This document shows positions 10,901 to 20,490 of a stretch of DNA of 64,000 nt, one piece after another (position 1 is the stretch's first letter; each line of letters begins with the position of its first letter). Source of the stretch: Vulcanimicrobiota bacterium (GTDB lineage: Bacteria > Vulcanimicrobiota > Vulcanimicrobiia > Vulcanimicrobiales > Vulcanimicrobiaceae); NCBI GenBank assembly GCA_963723515.1, contig CAVRQT010000003.1, positions 672,001-736,000 on the forward strand, written 5' to 3'. The notes beneath the pieces were generated by a model. That model saw only the letters and a program-made list of their open reading frames with translations. It was not told where the DNA came from and did no database searches. Made by a program: the position numbers and the translations under genes.

Positions 10901-10928
10901 ATATCACAGAATAACAGTTTCATGATAT
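10901..10928. other. Putative dif-like Xer recombination site (11-6-11)
   Basis: ATATCACAGAA-TAACAG-TTTCATGATAT; arms are imperfect inverted repeats (8 of 11 positions); about 25 bp upstream of the xer start. Confidence 0.6.
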
Positions 10929-11124
10929 TCGCGCAAGAGGCGAAACGGACGAATGCTCTCCAAATGCAACGGAAACTCGAAAATGCTCTTCTACGCCTCA
11001 TGGAGAGCGTTCGTCCGTTTCGATCTGCGAATATCAAGAAACTGTAGAGACGAGGAGGTAAAACCATGCGCTGCGTTGTCCGAGAGCATGCGCCCGTTTC
11101 GATCTGCGAATATCATGAAACTGT
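10914..11124. repeat. Three copies of a ~45-bp element: 10914-10962 inverted relative to 11001-11045 and 11082-11124
   Basis: Consensus GAGAGC.T.CG.CCGTTTCGATCTGCGAATATCAWGAAACTGT read directly from the sequence. Confidence 0.9.
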
Positions 11125-11247
11125 ATAAAGCAAATGGCGATGGCTGAAGGTCGATCCGACTGCGTGGCGTCGAGGCAAGCGTAGCAAGAACTGCTAGGGG
11201 ACTGAAAGAATTTTGGGCATACGAACACGCCGTCGGAGGACCGCGAT

Positions 11248-12222
11248 ATGGTGTTCTCAGCAAGCCTCCTTAGCAAACGGCGTGGGTTTGGCGTTACGCT
11301 GGCATTCATAGTTGCCTGCGCCGGGTGCGGTGGATCGAATCTGACTTCGCCGATCCTGCGCCCAAAGCCGACCCCTTTGGAACGCGCCTATGTCGTGAAC
11401 AGCGCCCCGCCGGGTTCTAGCGGGGATGTCTTTGGCTACGACCTCCCGCTGGCAGCATCAGCGCAGCCGAGCGTCGACCTTAAATTTCAGAATAACGCGT
11501 TCAACCAGAACGCCTTGCCGACCGACGATTGCGGTGACCGGCACGGTAACCTCTACGTCATTCTGCCATCAGCGCATCAATTGACCGGTGGTCCGCTCGA
11601 TGCGTACACGCCGCCGATCACGTCGTCGTCAACGCCGGCGTTTACACGGAACGACGACAACTTTGAACATTGCGCCACCGATCCAAACGGCGATCTCTTC
11701 GTAACCACGCGATCGTTCATTGTCGTTACGCTCGGCGGTCTCGACGTTTTACGGGCACCTGTATCGACGACATCACCCTTGAAGGTAATCTTTCAAATTG
11801 TGGCTGGTCCGCCGTTGTTCGAATTCGTCGGATCGGTGACGGCCGATGCCGCCGGCGACGCTTTCATCACCACCAGCATTGGAATCCAAGAATGGAATAT
11901 GAGCGGCAAGCTGCTGGCGACCTTCGGCACGACGGGACTAGGCAGCCTCGCGATTGGCCCCGACGGCAATCTTTACGTGCCGAATGGCGGAATTGACGTT
12001 TACAAGCCGGGCGGCTTTCACAACGGCGGCGTCAAGGATCACACGATCGGCCTCGGTGCGTTCAATGCATTCAACGTGGCGTTCGACGATGCGGCCAATA
12101 TGCTCGTTCTTGGAAGCACATCGGCGGGAACACCGGAACTCCGCGTTATTCCGCCGCCGTACACAGCGGTCAACTTCTTGCTGCGCGTCATGGGCGACAA
12201 CGGGCTGGCAATAACGCCGTAA
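11248..12222 (+). CDS. Putative lipoprotein, NHL/beta-propeller-like repeats
   Basis: SD GGAGGA; lipobox-like ACAGC-GG; repeated D..GNLYV / D..GDLFV / PDGNLYV motifs. Confidence 0.75.
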   Translation: MVFSASLLSKRRGFGVTLAFIVACAGCGGSNLTSPILRPKPTPLERAYVVNSAPPGSSGDVFGYDLPLAASAQPSVDLKFQNNAFNQNALPTDDCGDRHGNLYVILPSAHQLTGGPLDAYTPPITSSSTPAFTRNDDNFEHCATDPNGDLFVTTRSFIVVTLGGLDVLRAPVSTTSPLKVIFQIVAGPPLFEFVGSVTADAAGDAFITTSIGIQEWNMSGKLLATFGTTGLGSLAIGPDGNLYVPNGGIDVYKPGGFHNGGVKDHTIGLGAFNAFNVAFDDAANMLVLGSTSAGTPELRVIPPPYTAVNFLLRVMGDNGLAITP

Positions 12223-12229
12223 CGCTGCG

Positions 12230-13102
12230 CTACGCTAGCCAATCACGGGTCAAGAGCAACCAAAACGCAAGGCCCGCGAAGCGGCCGTAGCGTTTGAAAC
12301 GCCGTTCGATCGTCTTATCTGTGCCGCGGCGTTTCCCCGAAATCGCGAGATACTTCGGGCGGGTCCATGAGTCGAAGACGAGTTTCCCATAGCGGCCCAG
12401 CAGCAACATGATATGAGCTGCGGCGTATGGGCCAACCCCGGGCAGCGCCAATAAGCGTTCTTCTGCTTCTTCATCTGTAAGGCCGTTGGCCGGACGCAAC
12501 GCCTCAAGATCGATGCTCTTTTGGGAAACCTTTTCCGCGAGCGTGCGCAGATACGCACCACGGTAGCCGGCGCGTGCGACGTTCGTGTAAAAGTCCAGCG
12601 AAGCTTGTGCCATTGCCTGAGGCGTTGGAAACGCACCCTGGCCGAGGTGCTCGACAAGCGCGCCGACCATGCGAACGGTTCCCGACCAGGCGCAATTCGT
12701 CGTGCAGATCGTCTTAACGACGTCTTCGAAGACCGTTGGGCTCGCAAGTAATCGCCCCGCGCCCTCTGATGCCCACGCCAAATCCGGATCGTCGCGAATC
12801 GCGTCGTAGAACGGTCCCAAATTCTCGTCCAAGCGAAACATTCTGCGGACGATCTCCATCACGCGTCGTTCCTGCGTCGCGCTGAGTGTCCGATCGCATG
12901 AAATAAGCAAATCGGTATGCTGCGCTTCAAATTGCAGCGTACGAATGGCGCCATTCAGCCGCAGGCGATAACGATAGCGCTGCGTATTGGATCCCTCGAC
13001 CGCCGGTGGGAGCGACGTGCAACCATGCGAGTCGATCGTGCGCGCAAAATCGATCGGTTCGCCTGAGGGACCTCGCAACGGAATAACCGCGATGCGATGC
13101 AT
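12230..13102 (-). CDS. HhH-GPD DNA glycosylase (AlkA/OGG-like)
   Basis: FEDVVKTICTTN, GYRGAYL and the helix-hairpin-helix LLALPGVGPYAA. Confidence 0.85.
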   Translation of the reverse strand: MHRIAVIPLRGPSGEPIDFARTIDSHGCTSLPPAVEGSNTQRYRYRLRLNGAIRTLQFEAQHTDLLISCDRTLSATQERRVMEIVRRMFRLDENLGPFYDAIRDDPDLAWASEGAGRLLASPTVFEDVVKTICTTNCAWSGTVRMVGALVEHLGQGAFPTPQAMAQASLDFYTNVARAGYRGAYLRTLAEKVSQKSIDLEALRPANGLTDEEAEERLLALPGVGPYAAAHIMLLLGRYGKLVFDSWTRPKYLAISGKRRGTDKTIERRFKRYGRFAGLAFWLLLTRDWLA

Positions 13103-13128
13103 CGCAGCTTGCCGTGAATTCGCTTTAG

Positions 13129-13572
13129 CTACGAGACGTAGGAGACGTTCACGGGGAAGCCGGCTGCCTCCGCATTCTGCAAGACGCCGAAGACATGGCC
13201 CAGCTCTTCTTCTATCGCGACGATTTCGCCGGCGCTCACGCCGACAGGCGCGGCATTTTGCCATAGGATGCGGCGCGCGGTTTGCAATGCAGCGCGCAAT
13301 CGCTGCGGCGTCGCCTCCATAACCGGCCAATCTTGCATCGAAGCCGGCGGCACGATGCGCCAGCCATTTCCTGACGCGATGCCTTCATCGAAGAATGCAT
13401 GCGGAATGCTGGCCAGCATCTCGACCGCTTCACGATCGGCCGGCCGAAGGGTCAACCCCATCTCGCTGAGCCGCACGATATAGCGGAAAAATGACGCATT
13501 GCCGACGGTGTACGAACCAGCCGGCGAGGCGACATTTACGTGGATGAGGTTCGAATCGTGCTGAAAATCCAT
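13129..13572 (-). CDS. Hypothetical protein
   Basis: 147-aa ORF coupled (TAATG) to the mdh stop. Confidence 0.65.
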   Translation of the reverse strand: MDFQHDSNLIHVNVASPAGSYTVGNASFFRYIVRLSEMGLTLRPADREAVEMLASIPHAFFDEGIASGNGWRIVPPASMQDWPVMEATPQRLRAALQTARRILWQNAAPVGVSAGEIVAIEEELGHVFGVLQNAEAAGFPVNVSYVS

Positions 13573-14519
13573 TACGCTTTCTGTGCGATCGCTTCTTCAG
13601 GAAGTGCCTTCACCAAATCTTCTACCGCTTTCGCACTCTTCTGTAACGCGGCGTGTTCCTCCGGTGTGAGCTTGATTTCGATGATTTTCTCCAAACCGCG
13701 TGCGCCAAGCTGGCAAGGGACGCCGATGAACAGATCGCGGATCCCGTACTCGCCTTGCAGGTATGCAGCGCATGGCAGAATTTGGTGCCGGTCGTTCAAG
13801 ATCGAATCGACCATCTCGGCGATCGAGCGCGCAGGCGCATAATACGCGCTACCACTCTTGAGCAAGTTGACGATCTCACCGCCGCCTTTGGCGGTACGTT
13901 CGACGAGACGATCTATGACCGCCGTATCCAAAAGCTCGGTGATCGGGATTCCAGCGACGGTCGAGTACCGCGGCAGCGGGACCATTTGATCGCCATGGCC
14001 GCCGAGCACGAATGCATGCACGTTGTTGACGCTGACACCGAGTTCGTTGGCGACAAACGTTGAGAAACGCGCGGAATCCAAAACGCCGGCCATCCCGAGC
14101 ACTCGCTCGCGCGGAAAGCCGCTGATGCGGCGCGCGACTTCGCACATCGCATCCAACGGATTCGTCACGACGATCAAGATGCACGACGGTGAACGTTGCA
14201 CGACCTGTCGCGTTGCATCGCCGACGATCTCAGCGTTCATCCGCACGAGATCATCGCGGCTCATGCCGGGTTTGCGCGGAAAGCCCGCCGTAATGACGGC
14301 GATATCCGAGCCGCTCGTGGCTTCGTAGTCGTTCGAACCGACAACCGAAACATCGGCTTTTTCGACCGGCAACGCTTGCTGTAAATCGAGCGCCTTCCCT
14401 TGCGGTACACCTTCCACGATGTCGACCAAAACGATATCCGCGAGCCCTTTTGCGGCCAGCCAATGAGCGGTCGTCGCGCCGACGTTTCCGGCACCGACGA
14501 TCGTGACTTTCCTGCGCAT
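13572..14519 (-). CDS. mdh: Malate dehydrogenase (LDH-like)
   Basis: [36 protein letters not shown]. Confidence 0.96.
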   Translation of the reverse strand: MRRKVTIVGAGNVGATTAHWLAAKGLADIVLVDIVEGVPQGKALDLQQALPVEKADVSVVGSNDYEATSGSDIAVITAGFPRKPGMSRDDLVRMNAEIVGDATRQVVQRSPSCILIVVTNPLDAMCEVARRISGFPRERVLGMAGVLDSARFSTFVANELGVSVNNVHAFVLGGHGDQMVPLPRYSTVAGIPITELLDTAVIDRLVERTAKGGGEIVNLLKSGSAYYAPARSIAEMVDSILNDRHQILPCAAYLQGEYGIRDLFIGVPCQLGARGLEKIIEIKLTPEEHAALQKSAKAVEDLVKALPEEAIAQKA

Positions 14520-14607
14520 GCTGCTCCTTATATGAGAGGAAGAAACCGCGCGACGCTTACTGCGCCATCAGCGGGCTCTCCTTTGAACGTCGTGCTATCA
14601 TAGCGGC

Positions 14608-15777
14608 ATGACCGATCAAGCATCCACGATTGCGCCGCCTGCACCGAGCCAAACCGGACTGCGAGGCGCCGTCGTCGGGGATACGAGACTCTCGTCAATC
14701 AACGGTGAACGCGGCGAGCTGATCTATCGCGGAATCGATATTCGCGAGCTTGCGGTTGCTTCGACCTTTGAAGAAGTCGCCTATTTGCTGTGGTTTGGCG
14801 CGCTGCCGACAAAGGCGCATCTCGACGATTTCAGAGCGCGATTGCAGAACCACCGTACGCTGCCGGCCGAAGTCGTCTCGCTGCTGCGATGTTTGCCGCC
14901 AAAACATACGCCGATGAACATCCTGCGCACGATCGTCTCGGCGCTGGGCGTCATCGATCCACAAGGCGCCGACATGTCCCCCGATTCACAGGTTGAAAAG
15001 GCGCTCGTTCTCACTGCCGGCGTTCCGAGCATCCTCGCGGCATACCACCGCATCTCGGAGGGGCTCGAACCGATGAATGCAGATCCTGCCTTCGACACCG
15101 CCGGCAACTTCTTGCTGATGTTTACGGGCAAAGCGCCCGATGAACAAGCGGTCCGCGTGCTTGATGCGGCGCTGATTTTGCATGCGGATCACGGCATGAA
15201 CGCATCGACGTTTGCGGCGATCGTGACGGCAGCGACGCTTTCGGACATGTATTCCGCCGTCACCTCCGCGATCGGCGCGCTCAAAGGCCCCCTGCATGGC
15301 GGCGCTAATGAAGGCGTCATCATGAACCTGCTCGAGATCGGCGACATGCAAAACGTCGATCCGTGGGTCGCGCAAAAACTCGAGGCGCACGAAAAGATCA
15401 TGGGGTTCGGACACGCCGTTTATAAGGCGTACGATCCGCGCGCCGCCGAATTGAAGCGAATCGCTAAGGAAGTCGGCACCCGTGCCGGCACGACAAAGTG
15501 GATCGAGATGACCGAACGGATGGAGCAATCCGTTTGGGATCGCAAACAGCTGTATCCGAACGTCGATCTCTATTCGGCCTCTGTCTATTACACGCTGGGT
15601 ATTCCGACGCAATATTTCACGCCGGTCTTTGCGATCAGCCGTGTCGCAGGATGGTGCGCGCACATTATCGAGCAGTACGCGGACAACAAGTTGATCCGGC
15701 CACGCGCCAACTACGTTGGTCCGCGCGACGTCAAATACGTTCCCGTCGATCAGCGGAGCGAAGATATCGAACTCTGA
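14608..15777 (+). CDS. gltA: Citrate synthase
   Basis: HADHGMNASTF, GPLHGGANE, MGFGHAVYK..DPR, YPNVDLYS. Confidence 0.94.
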   Translation: MTDQASTIAPPAPSQTGLRGAVVGDTRLSSINGERGELIYRGIDIRELAVASTFEEVAYLLWFGALPTKAHLDDFRARLQNHRTLPAEVVSLLRCLPPKHTPMNILRTIVSALGVIDPQGADMSPDSQVEKALVLTAGVPSILAAYHRISEGLEPMNADPAFDTAGNFLLMFTGKAPDEQAVRVLDAALILHADHGMNASTFAAIVTAATLSDMYSAVTSAIGALKGPLHGGANEGVIMNLLEIGDMQNVDPWVAQKLEAHEKIMGFGHAVYKAYDPRAAELKRIAKEVGTRAGTTKWIEMTERMEQSVWDRKQLYPNVDLYSASVYYTLGIPTQYFTPVFAISRVAGWCAHIIEQYADNKLIRPRANYVGPRDVKYVPVDQRSEDIEL

Positions 15778-15778
15778 A

Positions 15779-17071
15779 ATGCTGACCGCGCCGCAGCTGC
15801 GCGGGTATAGCGATTCCGACGCACCCTCAGATGCGATCTACAATCGATGCGTGCGTTGCGGCCTATGTCTTTCGAGTTGTCCAACCTATCTTGAAACGCT
15901 CACCGAAACCTCCGGCCCCCGCGGTCGCATCAGTCTGATCAAATCCGTCGGTGAAGGGCGTTTGGATCTACTGAGTCCCGGATTCACCCATCAAATGTCG
16001 GAGTGTCTTGGCTGCCGCGCCTGTGAAGCGGTTTGCCCGTCCGGCGTTCACTACGGTCAGTTGATTGAAACGGCACGCGCGCAGATCGCACGCGCCGATC
16101 CGGGCGGATTTTGGGAAAGAGTCGCCCGCGTTCTCGCATTTCGGGTGGTCTTCACGAGCTTGCGCCGTATACGCATCGTCGCGAGAATATTGCGCCTTTA
16201 TCAACACTCCGGCTTACAGAATTTTGTGCGCCGCTCAGGCCTCTTACGCTTGCTCGGACTCGAACGAATGGAACGGCTGGCGCCGCCGATCTCGGCCTCC
16301 TTCTTCATTCCGCGCGATCAACGGTACGATGTTCCCGAGGCACGCGGGACGGTGTTCTTGCACGCGGGTTGTGTCATGCACGTCGCCTACGCGACCGTCA
16401 ATGAAGCTACGGTTCGGATGCTCCAGCGGGCGCGTTTCGCGGTGGTCGTTCCGACGGGTCAAGGCTGCTGCGGGGCGTTGAACGTGCATGCCGGCGAACG
16501 TGATTCGGGGCGCGCGCTCGCGAAACGAAACATCAGCGCGTTCGAGCGCTCCGGCGCGAATTTTTACGTCGTCAATGCTGCCGGCTGCGGCGCCGCGCTC
16601 AAAGAGTATGGCGAGTGGTTTGCCGGCGATCCGGTTTGGGAAGCGCGCGCGGCCGCTTTTAGCGCCAAAGTGCGTGACGCGCTCGAGCTGCTTGCTGATG
16701 CCGACTTGCCGGTGCCCAGCCGTCGCATTGAAGAGACGGTGACCTACCAAGAACCCTGTCATCTGGTGCACGCGCAACGGATCGCGAATGCTCCTCGCGC
16801 GCTGCTCAATGCTGTTCCCGGCCTACGGTTGGTTGAGATGACGGAGAGCAGCGTCTGCTGCGGCTCTGCCGGCCTTTACAACCTGACCCAACCCGCGATG
16901 TCCGGGCGCCTAGGCCGGCGCAAGATTGAAAACGCGCGAGCAACCGGCGCGCAAATCATCGCTACAGCCAACCCTGGATGCGCGATTCAACTGCGCGCTC
17001 TGTGCGAAGAATCTGCGCCGCAGATGCGTACAGCGCACGTGGTCGAACTGCTGGACGAAGCGTTCAATTAG
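15779..17071 (+). CDS. glcF: GlcF-like Fe-S oxidoreductase subunit
   Basis: Two CxxCxxCxxxCP motifs and two CCG domains. Confidence 0.85.
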   Translation: MLTAPQLRGYSDSDAPSDAIYNRCVRCGLCLSSCPTYLETLTETSGPRGRISLIKSVGEGRLDLLSPGFTHQMSECLGCRACEAVCPSGVHYGQLIETARAQIARADPGGFWERVARVLAFRVVFTSLRRIRIVARILRLYQHSGLQNFVRRSGLLRLLGLERMERLAPPISASFFIPRDQRYDVPEARGTVFLHAGCVMHVAYATVNEATVRMLQRARFAVVVPTGQGCCGALNVHAGERDSGRALAKRNISAFERSGANFYVVNAAGCGAALKEYGEWFAGDPVWEARAAAFSAKVRDALELLADADLPVPSRRIEETVTYQEPCHLVHAQRIANAPRALLNAVPGLRLVEMTESSVCCGSAGLYNLTQPAMSGRLGRRKIENARATGAQIIATANPGCAIQLRALCEESAPQMRTAHVVELLDEAFN

Positions 17072-17175
17072 ATAGCGTTGCACCATGCGCAACGCTTGGC
17101 GCTACGATCGCTTTTGTCACGATGCGACAAAAAACGATCTCCGCGCCCCCGCCGAAACTATTGCGGCGGGCCCCC

Positions 17176-17550
17176 TCAGGCTTGCGCGGTGAGCGAGCCG
17201 GTGTCATCGAGCGCATCATCAACCGTTGGATAAATGCCGAAGACGCGCACGAGCCCGGTGATGTTGAAGAGACGCGAGAGCGGGCCTTCTTTCACGACGA
17301 GCCGGAGACACCCGTTGTGCTCTTGGGCTCGCCGTTGAGCGCCGATCAATGAGCCGAGACCAGTCGAGTCGATGTAGTCGACGCGCGTAAGGTCGATGAT
17401 GATCTCTTCTTTGCCGGCTTGTGTGGCGTCAAGCAACGCCGAGCGCAGCGATGGCGAGGTCGCGATGTCAAGCGTTCCGCGCAACGCGAAGACCTGTGCT
17501 AGCGGTCGCGGCTCACCTAAAACGTCGATCGAGAGCTGATCGGAAGCCAT
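17176..17550 (-). CDS. STAS-domain anti-sigma factor antagonist (RsbV/SpoIIAA-like)
   Basis: LRGTLDIATS, DLTRVDYIDSTGLG with conserved Ser, LFNITGL. Confidence 0.92.
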   Translation of the reverse strand: MASDQLSIDVLGEPRPLAQVFALRGTLDIATSPSLRSALLDATQAGKEEIIIDLTRVDYIDSTGLGSLIGAQRRAQEHNGCLRLVVKEGPLSRLFNITGLVRVFGIYPTVDDALDDTGSLTAQA

Positions 17551-17660
17551 CGGCTCGACGCTTCTGCGGGCGCTGTTGAGCGGTCCTGTTCACGGATGTG
17601 GGTATGTAGAATGACAGACTCCACGATTCGTTACTCGCGAGGAGGAAAATCAAGAAAACT

Positions 17661-18101
17661 ATGGCCAGAAAAAAATCGAGCCGGAAGAAATCTTCGGGCA
17701 AGAAATCCTCGAGCAGGCGAAAACGCAGCTCGAGCAGCCATCGTTCTAGCTCCCGGCGTAAATCAAGCGGCCGTAAGAAATCGAGCAGTCGCTAGAAATC
17801 GAGCAGCCGCAAAAAGTCGAGCGGACGCAAAAAATCATCGCGTAAGAGCTCGGGCCGCAAATCTTCCGGCGGCCGGAAGAAACGGGGCGGCCACAAGAAA
17901 TCACGTCGGAAATACGGTCCGAAGGCATCGCGCAAAGTCGAGCGGAGCATGCACGAGATGAAGCGTGGCAAACTGCGTTCCGGACGTTCCGGCAAGAAAG
18001 TGAAAAGCCGCAAACAAGCGATCGCGATCGGCCTTTCTGAAGCGCGTCGTTCAGGCGCGAAAGTACCCAAGCGCAAAGGACGCAGCCGCAAGAAGAGCTA
18101 G
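17661..18101 (+). CDS. Lys/Arg/Ser-rich histone-like protein with DUF6496-like C-terminus (in-frame TAG at 17793)
   Basis: SD GGAGG at 17641; MARKKSSRKKSSGKK... repeats, then MHEMKRGKLRSGRSGKKVKSRKQAIAIGLSEARRSG; absent from the ORF track because of the TAG. Confidence 0.85.
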
Positions 18102-18122
18102 AACCTAACCTTCGCAAAGCGA

Positions 18123-18157
18123 CCTCCGGCGAAGCCGCGTGAAGACTGCGCCGGAGG
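18123..18157. terminator. GC-rich hairpin between convergent genes
   Basis: CCTCCGGCG...CGCCGGAGG inverted repeat; no U-tract. Confidence 0.4.
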
Positions 18158-18160
18158 CTG

Positions 18161-19096
18161 CTACTCTTTAGGCGCAGCGAACGCCGCTGCGCCCTCGTCC
18201 CATCGCCAGAGGGAGTCGTTCGTGAGATGCACGCCGCCGATCCAACGGTCGCAGACGCGCAGCGCGAGCCAATCTTCCACTCCCGCGAGCACCCGCCGGC
18301 CCAGCGGCGTCAGGCGGTAGCCGTTTTGAATTTCTTGCAGCAGCGGCGCAGCATGGTCGCATAAATCCTCGAAACGTTTGTAAAACGGCGCGTCTCCTAG
18401 GAACGCTGCTTCTTCACGAAGTTGTGCTAGGCGGAAGATATCGTCTTTGGCATGCGCACCTTCGGCGACAGCTTCGAGGATGTGACGCTGCGTGCGCGAG
18501 AGGCCGGATTGGGACGAAGGATATTCCTCAAATAAGCGCCTTAGCGCGCTAGAGAGGTGCCTCAATTGTGAGGGCGTGCCGGCTTGAATTTGAAAAAGCC
18601 GCTCCGGCGTGGCGCTGCGATATGCTTCCCAAACGTCTGAGGCACCGTGCAATGTCTGCTGGGAGACCGGGCGGCGGCTGTTTTGTAAGGCAAGCAGTTC
18701 CGGCGCGGCGAGCAATCCTAAAAAATCATCGGTTTGAATCAGTTGTAATTTTCCGAGCGGCAAGGATTGACCGGCGAGGTAATCGAGGATTTGCAACAAC
18801 TGCAGTTGGTCGTAGAGGTCATGCTCAAACCACAGAACGATCTCATCGAATTCCATGCAGCGCGCAATCGTTGCGTCGCGCTTTTCAAAATCGTGACCCA
18901 ATTTGATTGGGTTTCCATATCCGGCGACGCCGAGATATTGCGCGCGCAGCGCGCTCAGTTCGGGAAGCGCTAAGCCTGCTGGAACCGGACCATCGTGCAG
19001 CGCGTCACGCCATGGCAGCTGCGTGCCGACGAGGCCGCCTTTGCGCCAGGTATAGACGACCGAATCGCCGTTGGTGACATGAAGTTTCGCGGCCAA
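18161..19096 (-). CDS. DUF1835-like protein
   Basis: LHVTNGDS, LHDGPV, IVLWFEHDLYDQLQL, DRWIGGVHL; TTG start just after the gdh stop. Confidence 0.8.
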   Translation of the reverse strand: MAAKLHVTNGDSVVYTWRKGGLVGTQLPWRDALHDGPVPAGLALPELSALRAQYLGVAGYGNPIKLGHDFEKRDATIARCMEFDEIVLWFEHDLYDQLQLLQILDYLAGQSLPLGKLQLIQTDDFLGLLAAPELLALQNSRRPVSQQTLHGASDVWEAYRSATPERLFQIQAGTPSQLRHLSSALRRLFEEYPSSQSGLSRTQRHILEAVAEGAHAKDDIFRLAQLREEAAFLGDAPFYKRFEDLCDHAAPLLQEIQNGYRLTPLGRRVLAGVEDWLALRVCDRWIGGVHLTNDSLWRWDEGAAAFAAPKE

Positions 19097-19097
19097 T

Positions 19098-20374
19098 CTA
19101 TGGGTAGAGCCCACGCTCCGCGGTTGCTTCCGCCACGCGGCTGACGGCGACCGCATACGCGCCCCGTCGCATGTCAACGCCGTAACGCCGCGCTTGGTCC
19201 GCGGTTTCCGCGAAGGCGCGCGTCATCTTCTGCTTGAGCCGCTTGTTGATCTCGTCTTCTTCCCAGAAATTGTTTTGCAGATCTTGCACCCACTCGAAGT
19301 ACGAAACCGTCACGCCGCCTGCATTCGCGAGAATGTCTGGCAAGACCATGATGCCGCGCTCGTAGAGGATGTTGTCCGCTTCGGGCAGCGTTGGACCGTT
19401 TGCGGCTTCCGCAACGAGCTTGGCTTTGATCGAGCGCGCATTATCTTCGGTGATAACTTTCTCCAAAGCCGCCGGCACGAGAACATCGCAGTCGCACTCG
19501 AGCAAGTCCCGATTTGGAATCGGCTCGCCGCTTTCGAAGCCGACGACCGAGCCGGTCGCCTCCTTGTGCGCGATCAACTCGGGGATGTTGATTCCGCGCG
19601 CGCGGTAAACGCCGCCGCGCGAGTCAGAAACCGCAACAATCGTGTAGCCGCGTTGGGCCATCAGCTCGCCCGCATGCAGGCCGGCGTTTCCGAAGCCTTG
19701 GATCGCGACGCGTGCGCCTTGGATTTGCATGCCGAGCGCGTTCATCGCTTCATCGACGACATACAGACAGCCGCGCGCGGTCGCTCGGTCGCGTCCCAGC
19801 GACCCACCGATCGAAATCGGCTTTCCCGTCACAACGCCCGGAATCGAATAGCCGTGCTGCATCGAGTACGTATCCATGATCCAGGCCATGATCTGTGGCG
19901 TCGTGTAAACATCAGGAGCCGGAATATCTTTCTCGGGCCCGATGATAATCGATATTTCGGTTGTGAAGCGCCGCGTCAAATTCTCAAGTTCTTGAAGCGA
20001 CATTGCTTTGGATCGCAGATAACGCCGCCTTTTGCGCCGCCGAATGGAATATTGACCAGCGCACACTTCCACGTCATCCACATCGCAAGCGCTTTGACTT
20101 CATCGAGCGTCACGTCGGGATGAAAGCGAATGCCGCCCTTCGATGGTCCGCGAGACATGTTGTGCTGCACGCGATAGCCGGTGAAGACTTTGAACGCTCC
20201 ATCATCCATCCGTACCGGCACGGAAACTTCCAAGACGCGCTTGGGATAGCGCAGGTACTCGTGCACTGAGGCGTCCAGGCCGGTCAAAGCCGCGACCTCG
20301 TCGAGCTGGTGTTGGGCCATCTGCCAAACGTTGTCGGTGCTGGGTGCCGCAGAGCGGTCGATCGTTAATGTCAT
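19098..20374 (-). CDS. gdhA: Glu/Leu/Phe/Val dehydrogenase (frameshift near 20005)
   Basis: GPSKGGIRFH and PFGGAKGG in one frame; DIPAPD, QGFGNAG, EAANGP, NAGGVTVSYFEW in the other. Confidence 0.92.
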
Positions 20375-20490
20375 TCCGTAACCCCGTTCTTTAAGAAATG
20401 CGGTTTTGAACCCCGTTGCGCCGTTCCTACAGCGTTGTTTTACGCCGCCGGGGGCACGCAAGGGGCGGGTGCCGTAAATCTGATGCACCC

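Noticed and set aside
10914..11124. CRISPR array or classical integron interpretation of the repeats
   Set aside because: Only three copies, one inverted, and no cas genes; the recombinase is XerC/D-like without the IntI-specific insertion and no GTTRRRY attC array is evident
17793..17795. Pyrrolysine or alternative-code use of TAG
   Set aside because: TAG acts as a normal stop in other genes here (for example mlaF, mlaD, gdh) and the assembly is error-rich
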